Shown: piece by piece, positions 39,944 to 49,283 of the stretch | Numbering within the stretch: position 1 is the first letter of the stretch | Layout: each line of letters begins with the position of its first letter | Assembly (NCBI GenBank): GCA_036156175.1 | Contig: JAYZVA010000140.1 | Coordinates: forward strand, 1,187-65,186 | Reading direction: 5' to 3' | DNA from: Myxococcota bacterium | GTDB lineage: Bacteria; Myxococcota_A; UBA796 | DNA length: 64,000 nucleotides | Position numbers and translations under genes: made by a program | The notes under the pieces: model-generated | Database searches by the model: none | Seen by the model: only the letters and a program-made list of their open reading frames with translations | What the model was told of the DNA's origin: nothing

Positions 39944-40411
39944 ATGGACTGTATGGTTGACGACCAACACTTTATGAACCTCGCACTCGCTCAAGCGGAG
40001 GCGGCGGCCGAGATGGGCGAAGTGCCTGTCGGTGCCGTGGTGGTTCGAAACGGTGAGGTCATCAGCCAGGCTCACAACCGAAGGGAAGTGGACGGCGATC
40101 CGACGGCGCATGCCGAACTGATCGCCATGAAGGAAGCGGCCAAGGTCATCGGTGACTGGCGGCTTGAAGAGTGCACGGTTTACGTGACGCTCGAGCCGTG
40201 CGCCATGTGCGCCGGCCTCATGGTGAACGCGCGGGTGCAGCGGTGCGTGTACGGCGCAACCGATCCCCGAGGCGGTTTTCTGGGTACGCTGGATGACTTG
40301 TCCAAGCACCCCGTGTTGAACCACCGATTCGAGGTGGAATCAGGAGTGTGCGGCGACGATGCCGCGGACCTGCTTCGTTCCTTCTTCCGAGCGGTTAGAG
40401 CCAAAAAGTGA
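39944..40411 (+). CDS. tadA: tRNA adenosine(34) deaminase
   Basis: CDA-fold motifs are HAELIAMKEA and LEPCAMCAG. Confidence 0.9.
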   Translation: MDCMVDDQHFMNLALAQAEAAAEMGEVPVGAVVVRNGEVISQAHNRREVDGDPTAHAELIAMKEAAKVIGDWRLEECTVYVTLEPCAMCAGLMVNARVQRCVYGATDPRGGFLGTLDDLSKHPVLNHRFEVESGVCGDDAADLLRSFFRAVRAKK

Positions 40412-40419
40412 CGTGTATT

Positions 40420-40507
40420 GGAGGGGTGGCCGAGTGGTCGAAGGCGGTGGATTCGAAATCCATTGTAGGGCAACCTACCGCGGGTTCGAATCCCGCCTCC
40501 TCCGCCA
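40420..40507 (+). tRNA. tRNA-Ser (anticodon CGA), CCA encoded
   Basis: Folded by hand. The acceptor is GGAGGGG/CTCCTCC. The anticodon arm is GTGGA-TTCGAAA-TCCAT. The long variable arm is TGTAGGGCAACCTACC. The T arm is GCGGG-TTCGAAT-CCCGC. Confidence 0.93.
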
Positions 40508-40537
40508 CGTTGCTTTGCCCGCAGTCCGCATTGTTTT

Positions 40538-40625
40538 GGAGAGATGACCGAGTGGACGAAGGTGCTCGCCTGGAACGCGAGTGTAGGGCAACCTACCGTG
40601 GGTTCGAATCCCACTCTCTCCGCCA
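40538..40625 (+). tRNA. tRNA-Ser (anticodon GGA), CCA encoded
   Basis: Folded by hand. The acceptor is GGAGAGA/TCTCTCC. The anticodon arm is CTCGC-CTGGAAC-GCGAG. The variable arm is identical to the first tRNA. The T arm is GTGGG-TTCGAAT-CCCAC. Confidence 0.93.
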
Positions 40626-40650
40626 TTGTGCGCCATTGTGCGCGACCCTT

Positions 40651-40755
<105 letters not shown>

Positions 40756-40785
40756 TGGGGTCAAATTTTCAGTTACGGGATAGCC

Positions 40786-42018
40786 ATGACGTACCAGGCC
40801 ATCGCCCGAAAGTGGCGCCCAACTACATTTGATGAAATTGCGGGTCAGGCGCATGTCACCCGCACGCTTCGCAATGCGATCGAACTGGGGCGCGTGCACC
40901 ACGCGTTTTTGTTCTCGGGTCCGCGGGGCGTGGGCAAGACCACCGCTGCGCGCGCCTTGGCGCGGGCCCTCAACTGCGTCAACGGTCCGACCCCGACCCC
41001 GTGCGGCGAGTGCGCCAGCTGTGTGGAAATTCTGGCCGGGTCCAGTCCCGACGTCATCGAAGTGGATGGGGCATCCAACAACTCTGTCGACGACATCCGC
41101 GATCTTCGAGAATCCGTTCGGTACATGCCGGTCCATGGCCGCAGCAAGGTCTACATTGTGGACGAAGTGCACATGCTGTCGAAGGGGGCGTTCAATGCCC
41201 TCCTCAAGACGCTCGAGGAACCGCCTCCGAACGTCGTGTTCATGTTTGCGACGACGGAACCCCAGCGAATCCCCGATACCATCTTGTCCCGCGTGCAGCG
41301 GTTCGACTTCAAGCGCATACCGCCGGATGTGGTGATCGCCCGGCTGGGCCACATTGCGACAAATGAAGGCATCACCATCGGTGAAGACGCGCTTCGGTTG
41401 ATTGCACGAGCCGGGGAAGGTTCGATGCGAGACTCCCAGAGTCTGCTCGACCAAGTGATCAGCTTTGCCGGTGAGTCGCCCTCACTGGAGCAGGTTGCAG
41501 ACATCTTGGGTTTGGTGGACCGCAAGTTGTTGTACCAGATGCTGGAAGGCATCTTGGTTGGCGATGCCGACGCGTGCTTGAGCGCGGTGGACTCGGTGTA
41601 CGGTTACGGCTACGAGCTATCGGAATTCACGTCAGAGATGCTGACCCTCATCCGAAACGCCACGCTGGTGGGATTGAGTCCGAAGTCAAAAGATTACCTT
41701 GATGTCCCCAGCGACGAGCGCGCGCGGCTCGAGGCTTTGGTGCAGCGCAGTTCCACCGACATCATGGTCCGGGCGTTCCACGTGATGTTGGATGTGCACG
41801 ATCAGGTCTCCCGTTCGAGTCGGCCACGACTGGTGTTGGAGATGGCCGTTGCTCGATTGGTCAGCATTCGACCCGCGCAGCCGATCGATCGGTTGCTGCA
41901 TCGGATCGACGATCTGGAGCAGCGAATTCGTGCTGCGGGTGGTGTGGTGGTGGAACCGCCCCGCACGGCTCGGCCGCGGGCTTCGGCAGACGACAAGGAG
42001 CCGTCCCCGGCACGCTGA
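40786..42018 (+). CDS. dnaX: DNA polymerase III gamma/tau subunit, N-terminal 410 aa (clamp-loader ATPase core), ending at an in-frame TGA
   Basis: Motifs are GPRGVGKTT, a zinc module CGECASC, the Walker B VYIVDEVHML, and SRVQRF. Confidence 0.9.
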   Translation: MTYQAIARKWRPTTFDEIAGQAHVTRTLRNAIELGRVHHAFLFSGPRGVGKTTAARALARALNCVNGPTPTPCGECASCVEILAGSSPDVIEVDGASNNSVDDIRDLRESVRYMPVHGRSKVYIVDEVHMLSKGAFNALLKTLEEPPPNVVFMFATTEPQRIPDTILSRVQRFDFKRIPPDVVIARLGHIATNEGITIGEDALRLIARAGEGSMRDSQSLLDQVISFAGESPSLEQVADILGLVDRKLLYQMLEGILVGDADACLSAVDSVYGYGYELSEFTSEMLTLIRNATLVGLSPKSKDYLDVPSDERARLEALVQRSSTDIMVRAFHVMLDVHDQVSRSSRPRLVLEMAVARLVSIRPAQPIDRLLHRIDDLEQRIRAAGGVVVEPPRTARPRASADDKEPSPAR

Positions 42019-42053
42019 CCGAACGCGCGAAAATCGAGCCTTCCCCGGCGCCG

Positions 42054-42611
42054 GTGGCCGGAGTTGAGCCGGCTGGACCCGAATCCTCCGAAGAATCCCC
42101 GGCACCGGCATCTCCGGAAAACCGGGCTTCGGAGCCGCCCGCCCCAGAGCCGCCGTCCACTTCATCGGCTGAGCAATCACCTCCTGAGCGGTTTGAGTCG
42201 TTTCGTCGGTGGCTTGATGAACAGGGGCCGCGGTTCCAGGTATGGGCCAACGATTGCATTTTCATTGGAATCCAGCCGCCGGTGTTGGAGTTGGAATTCC
42301 CCGAGGGATTCCGCCTCTCCCACGTCTCGGTCACCGAGCGGGACGCGGAGCTGTTGGATGGACTCCGGCAGTTCTTCCCCGAATGCACCCGCATCCAGCT
42401 CCGGCACAGGAGCGAAGACAGCACCCGGTTGACCCACCGGGAGGAGCGAGCGAAGGAGGCCCATGAAGCGCAGCTTGCCCTGGAAGACGCCGTGGCGAAT
42501 CACGCCGACATTCAGACGCTCATCGAGCACTTCGATGCCGCGATCCGCTCGGTTCACTCGGACCACCGCGCCCCGATGCCTCCGAGCCTGGTTCGAGGAG
42601 AGTCGTCGTGA
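42054..42611 (+). CDS. Tau C-terminal linker plus C-terminal domain, in the -1 frame relative to dnaX (split, recoded or frameshifted dnaX)
   Basis: A Pro/Ala/Ser/Glu linker continues the end of dnaX. A folded C-terminal segment follows, ending ...ADIQTLIEHFDAAIRSV. The frame stays open upstream through the dnaX stop. The nominal start is GTG with no visible SD. Confidence 0.65.
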   Translation: MAGVEPAGPESSEESPAPASPENRASEPPAPEPPSTSSAEQSPPERFESFRRWLDEQGPRFQVWANDCIFIGIQPPVLELEFPEGFRLSHVSVTERDAELLDGLRQFFPECTRIQLRHRSEDSTRLTHREERAKEAHEAQLALEDAVANHADIQTLIEHFDAAIRSVHSDHRAPMPPSLVRGESS

Positions 42612-43207
42612 GTGAGTCGATCGATCCCCTGAAGGCGTGCGTTGCGCAGTTGAAGCGGTTCCCCGGTGTTGGTGAGCGGAGCGCGACGCGATTGGTGTAT
42701 TGGCTCCTGCGGCAGGAGCCTCATGTGGCCGCCGAGATCGGTGCCGCCCTCATGGCCCTTCCCGAAGCCATGACGCGTTGCACGACCTGCGGCGACCTAT
42801 CGGCGCTCGATCCCTGCCCCATTTGCAGCGATCCGAAACGAGAAGGCGGTCTGGTGTGCGTTGTTGAGCGACCCCAAGATGTGCAGGCCATCGAGGCATC
42901 GGGGGAGTACCGCGGGCGGTACCACGTGTTGGGTGGCTCGATCGCGCCGTTGGACGGAATCGGACCGGACCAACTGAACATTTCCAGCTTGCTGGAGCGG
43001 GTGGGTCCGGACGCCATTGACGAGGTGGTGATCGCCACCGATCCGGACGTGGAGGGCGACGCCACCGCACTGTACCTCTCGAAGCTCCTCAAGCCCTTGG
43101 ACATCAAGGTGACCCGGTTGGCTCACGGAATTTCCGTTGGCACCGAAATCGAGTACGCCGACCGGAGTTCGGTTGCTCGGGCGATTTCGAACCGTCGAGA
43201 ACTCTAA
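42608..43207 (+). CDS. recR: Recombination protein RecR
   Basis: Motifs are FPGVGERSATRL, a Cys4 zinc finger CTTCG...CPIC, and a Toprim segment. The GTG start overlaps the previous stop. Confidence 0.95.
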   Translation: MSESIDPLKACVAQLKRFPGVGERSATRLVYWLLRQEPHVAAEIGAALMALPEAMTRCTTCGDLSALDPCPICSDPKREGGLVCVVERPQDVQAIEASGEYRGRYHVLGGSIAPLDGIGPDQLNISSLLERVGPDAIDEVVIATDPDVEGDATALYLSKLLKPLDIKVTRLAHGISVGTEIEYADRSSVARAISNRREL

Positions 43208-44484
43208 CGGGGCGTTGGTGGCTGAACGGTGAGTTCCACGGGCAGCGGTTCCCCTTGGAGCGCCTCCAAGAAGGCCACCACATCGGCCACTTGTTCGTCG
43301 CTCCAGAACAAGGGCAAGAGCAGTTCTTCGCGGTGACCGATGATGGGCCGATCGTCCATGCGGTTGTAGTGCTGCACCGTCTCCGTCAGGGTCTCGAAGT
43401 GGCCCCCGTGCATAAACGGCGCGGTGTCCAGCAGGTTCCGGAGCACGGGTGTCTTGAACGAGCCAATCTCCTCGGGGCTCTGGACCAGGTGCGTCAGCTT
43501 CAACGACGCATCCGATCGGTCGTCGCTGTACTCGCCGAGGGCATTGAACGGGTTGGCCAGCAACGAGCTGATTCCGTCGTACCGGCCGCCGGATCCGTTG
43601 TCGATCCCGTCAGCGGCCGGCAGGGCGATGTTGTGAAACTCTTTGTTGGTGAACCCGGGACCGGTGTGGCACGCCCAGCACATTCCTTCGCCCACAAACA
43701 GCTGTGCGCCGCGTTTGGCGGCGCGGTCAATGGCCGCGCCACCGGAAGAATCGCCCGCCTCGAAGGCGTCCAGCATGGCGTCGAACGGCGCGTTGAACTG
43801 AACCAAGTCACGCTGGTAGGCGGCGATGGCCTTCGTCACGTTCACAAACACCGTGGTGGCCGCATGCTGATCGTCCACGGTCATGGTCTCCCAAGCAATG
43901 TGCTCCGGGTCCGTTTCGTCGTCGACGACCGGTCGAGCATTGGATGGGAAGCGAACGGTGTCGCTCAGGTCTGGCAGCGGTCCGAAGATCGCGCTGTACG
44001 CATCGGCCAGTTCCGGGTCGCTGTGGATGTGGTGGGCCACCGCCAGACGATTGGTTCCGTGTTCCCCAGGGTCTTCGAGCGGGGAGGCGGCTTGGCACCA
44101 CAGCGTATCGCATCGGCCATCCCAGTAGAACCATCGGTTGAGCGCAACGTTGACCAAGGTTGGCGTGTTGCGGTCGGTGACGCTCAGGGCGGTGGACAAC
44201 GGCGCCGGGTCTGCAAAGCCGTGGTCGGGCCGGTGGCAGGTTGCGCAGCTCTGTTGACCGTCGCTGCTCAGGCCGGTGTCGTAGAACAGGTAATGCCCGA
44301 GCCGTTTGGCATCGTCGTCGTCCGCCACCGCATTGGTCGGGTCGGGCGGAACCGTTCCATCGAAGCGGTGGCGGAGCAGGCGGTCGATCTCGGCGCCGGA
44401 GAACGCATGCTCGGATGGGTCCGTCTCGGGGTCCGCACCGCAAGCAGCCACGATGGCCAGGCTAATCGCAGCAGGCCACGTCAA
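43204..44484 (-). CDS. Di-haem cytochrome c peroxidase family lipoprotein
   Basis: The lipobox is IVAAC. Two CxxCH sites are CATCH and CWACH. Confidence 0.9.
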   Translation of the reverse strand: MTWPAAISLAIVAACGADPETDPSEHAFSGAEIDRLLRHRFDGTVPPDPTNAVADDDDAKRLGHYLFYDTGLSSDGQQSCATCHRPDHGFADPAPLSTALSVTDRNTPTLVNVALNRWFYWDGRCDTLWCQAASPLEDPGEHGTNRLAVAHHIHSDPELADAYSAIFGPLPDLSDTVRFPSNARPVVDDETDPEHIAWETMTVDDQHAATTVFVNVTKAIAAYQRDLVQFNAPFDAMLDAFEAGDSSGGAAIDRAAKRGAQLFVGEGMCWACHTGPGFTNKEFHNIALPAADGIDNGSGGRYDGISSLLANPFNALGEYSDDRSDASLKLTHLVQSPEEIGSFKTPVLRNLLDTAPFMHGGHFETLTETVQHYNRMDDRPIIGHREELLLPLFWSDEQVADVVAFLEALQGEPLPVELTVQPPTPR

Positions 44485-44905
44485 AATCTGCCCTCTCTTC
44501 CGTGCCGTTGGTGTCGGCGACGGTTGCGTGGATCACCCAGTAGTCGGGCATGTGAAACTCGAACGGCGCCGCGGTGAAGGTGCCGTCGCCGTTGTCGGTC
44601 AACTCGGGCTCCACCGTCATCCCGTGACCGCCGTGATTCGGCATGGTCGCATCCGCGGCCGTGACAACCGCGCCGGCACTGGTCGAAAAGGTGAGCGCGA
44701 AGAGCGTGGACTCGGGGATGGGCGACGGGTTGCTGGTGTACGAGACGGTGACCGTACCGCCGTGCGTCGTCCGTTCGGTGGCGGGATCGAAATCAGCGGG
44801 CAGTTGGGCCGCGTCGTGTTCATGATCCGCATGGCTGGATGCGGCGGAGTCGTCGTCCGCACCGGAGCAGCCGGTGGTCAGGGCGATGAAAAGCAGTCCG
44901 GTCAT
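44462..44905 (-). CDS. Small lipoprotein (YtkA-like, uncertain)
   Basis: The lipobox is ALTTGC. It has a His-rich N-terminus (HADHEHD) and ends in CCD. Its stop overlaps the peroxidase start by 23 nt. Confidence 0.6.
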   Translation of the reverse strand: MTGLLFIALTTGCSGADDDSAASSHADHEHDAAQLPADFDPATERTTHGGTVTVSYTSNPSPIPESTLFALTFSTSAGAVVTAADATMPNHGGHGMTVEPELTDNGDGTFTAAPFEFHMPDYWVIHATVADTNGTEERADFDVACCD

Positions 44906-44951
44906 GAGGCCTCCGTCGTCACTGCAGCGTAGACGCTGCAGTGGGTCGGTG

Positions 44952-45700
44952 TCACGTGTCGCGCGACTTGAACTGGGCCTTCAGATAGTCGGTGTTCATC
45001 TGGGAGATGACATCAAGGCTGATGGATTTGGGGCATGCCAGGGTGCACTCGCCGAAGTTTGTGCAGTGCCCAAAGTCCTCGGAGTCCATCTGCGTGACCA
45101 TCTTGTCCACGCGAATGAAGCGCTCGGGTTGACCCTGCGGCAGCAAGCCAAGGTGGGTGACCTTCGCACCGGTGAACAACATGGCGGCTGCGTTGGGGCA
45201 GCTCGCAACGCACGCGCCGCAGCCGATGCAGGTGGCGGCGTCGAAGGCGCGGTCGGACGATACCTTGGCGATCGGAATCGAGTTGGCGTCGGGCGCGGAT
45301 CCGGTCCGCGCCGTGATGAATCCCCCGGCGCGAATGATCCGGTCGAAGGCGCTGCGGTCAACCACCAAGTCTTTGACAACCGGGAATGCCTTCGCCCGGA
45401 AGGGCTCGATCACAATCTCGTCGCCATCGTTGAACTCCCGCATGTGGAGCTGGCAGGTCGTTGTTCGGGCTTGGTGTCCGTGTGGTTGGCCGTTGATCAT
45501 GCACCCGCACGAGCCGCAGATGCCTTCTCGGCAGTCCGACTCGAAGGCAATCGGTTCTTTGCCCTGTGCTTCGAGGCCCTCGTTCACCACATCGAGCATC
45601 TCAAGAAACGACATGTCTTCCAGAACGTCGTTGGCGTCGTAGGTCTCGAAGCGCCCTCCGTCCTCGGGACCGTTTTGGCGCCACACGTGAAGTTTGAGGT

Positions 45701-45704
<4 letters not shown>
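44952..45704 (-). CDS. sdhB: Succinate dehydrogenase/fumarate reductase iron-sulfur subunit
   Basis: Cys clusters are [21 protein letters not shown] and [12 protein letters not shown]. Confidence 0.95.
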
Positions 45705-47647
<1,943 letters not shown>

Positions 47648-47657
47648 TTCCCCTCCC

Positions 47658-48356
47658 TCAACTCACGAAGCCGAACATCACGGCCAATGGAATCGAACAG
47701 TTTCCGACAGTAATGACTACCCCAATCGCGGCGGCTGCCTTGCGGGCTGCCCCATCAAATCGCGGATTTCCTTGGCCCAACGTGCGGGTCATGGACCACA
47801 CGCCATGCGTCAGGTGCAGGCCCAGGAAGACCTGCGCGACGATGTAGAAGACCCCAACCCCAATGCCGATGTTCCCTTTGAATCCGTTGATCACGTTTTC
47901 GTAGGCAAAGCAGGTGAAGACGTTGTTGATGGTTTCGCAGGCGCGCACGTCGGAGTGTGCGGCACCCACCGTAAAGTGGAGCAAGTGGTAGACAATGAAC
48001 GCCAGCAGGATCACGCCCCCCACCCGCATGGTGCGAACTGCGTAGCGTTCATCGAACCACGACCGCCGCTTGTACGTCACCGGCCGGGCCGACCGCGCCG
48101 CTCGGGTCAGCTTGTACGCACTCCAAATGTGGGCACCGACCGCGCCGATCAGGCCCAGTCGAGCCGTCCACAGCAGGCCCTTGCTGCCCTGCAGCAGCGC
48201 TGCGTAGTCGTTGATCGCGGTGCGGCCGTCGGGAAGAAAAATCTGCAGGTTTCCGATCATGTGCGCGATCACGAAACCCACCAGTGCGAGCCCAGACAGG
48301 GCCATGACGAGTTTCTGACCGATGGTGGACCGGAGAAATTTGATCATCCAGCTCAT
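47658..48356 (-). CDS. sdhC: Succinate dehydrogenase cytochrome b subunit (single-subunit, five-helix type)
   Basis: It is a 232 aa polytopic protein with conserved His in its helices, sited directly upstream of sdhA. Confidence 0.85.
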   Translation of the reverse strand: MSWMIKFLRSTIGQKLVMALSGLALVGFVIAHMIGNLQIFLPDGRTAINDYAALLQGSKGLLWTARLGLIGAVGAHIWSAYKLTRAARSARPVTYKRRSWFDERYAVRTMRVGGVILLAFIVYHLLHFTVGAAHSDVRACETINNVFTCFAYENVINGFKGNIGIGVGVFYIVAQVFLGLHLTHGVWSMTRTLGQGNPRFDGAARKAAAAIGVVITVGNCSIPLAVMFGFVS

Positions 48357-48449
48357 GGTGAGCGCATCCTACTTGGGGGGGGGCGAGGGCCGTTCAGCCG
48401 TCGGGTCTAAGGGGAGTATAACGCCGCGGCAATCCCGTGCCGCGGCTTC

Positions 48450-49283
48450 TCATACCAAGGAAAACGCAGAAGTCCAGACCTGCGTGCCCCCGTTTCCATC
48501 AGAAAGGACCATCCAAACCCGAACACTGTCGCCGGATTCGGGCGAGGTTCCTTCGACCGTCACGCGATCCCCGGCCGCGACGAAGGTGTTGAGATTCATG
48601 AATCCGCCTCCGGAAATGTAGGCATAGAGCTGTGCCTGGTCCCCGAACCGCCCGTCCACCGTGAAGTCGAGCTCGAAGGACTCGCCGCGGGTAAGCTCGT
48701 TGGGATGGTCGTCGGCGGGCTCAATGGTTGGGTTGTCGTGCGGCGTGTCGGAAAGCGATGTGGTCAGCAGTTGATAGGCCACGCTGACGCCGGTGATGGG
48801 CAGATCCGCAATCCACGTCAGCGGATCCGCCAGCTCGTTCGCCCAGTCGGTCGCCCACGGGTCTTCGCCCGTCGCGGCTCCAACGGCCGCGATGATGGGG
48901 CAGGTTCCCGCCTCGCAGACAAGGGTCCAGACCTGCGTCGCCGTCAAGGATTCCTCCGCGGACAGCAAGACCTGCACCGCTGGCGCCACGCTGAGCGACC
49001 GCTGCCAGTCCGGTGCATCGCCCGTCTCGGTCGACGCATGCAGGCTTGTTCCCCCACCTTGGGCTTCCAAGCACCCCTCGCCCAAGTTTGTGCACACCCA
49101 GGTCAGTGTTTCGAGGTCTTCTTCCTCGGGATTGGCTGCATAGGATTGATATTCAAAGGCTTCACCGGGTCGGACCTCTGGCGGGGATGCCACGCTGGCG
49201 ATCACGCGCAACTCGTCGACCAACGTGTCGGGCGAGGTTTCGCCGCAGCCCAGCAGCAGAGCAATCATCAACATGGTTACCAT
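48450..49283 (-). CDS. Lipoprotein of unknown function
   Basis: The lipobox is LLLGC. Its start overlaps the upstream receptor gene by 7 nt. Confidence 0.7.
   Translation of the reverse strand: MVTMLMIALLLGCGETSPDTLVDELRVIASVASPPEVRPGEAFEYQSYAANPEEEDLETLTWVCTNLGEGCLEAQGGGTSLHASTETGDAPDWQRSLSVAPAVQVLLSAEESLTATQVWTLVCEAGTCPIIAAVGAATGEDPWATDWANELADPLTWIADLPITGVSVAYQLLTTSLSDTPHDNPTIEPADDHPNELTRGESFELDFTVDGRFGDQAQLYAYISGGGFMNLNTFVAAGDRVTVEGTSPESGDSVRVWMVLSDGNGGTQVWTSAFSLV

Noticed and set aside
39542-40324. A 260-aa minus-strand ORF across the tadA region.
   Set aside because: It is antisense to tadA, which has clear deaminase motifs, and overlaps the DUF1858-like gene in another frame. The composition is Arg/His/Pro-rich.
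42019-42053. The idea that 42054..42611 is an independent ybaB-like gene between dnaX and recR.
   Set aside because: The sequence has no YbaB-like features. Its N-terminus is a continuation of the tau linker, and the frame is open upstream through the dnaX stop. It is better explained as the displaced tau C-terminus.
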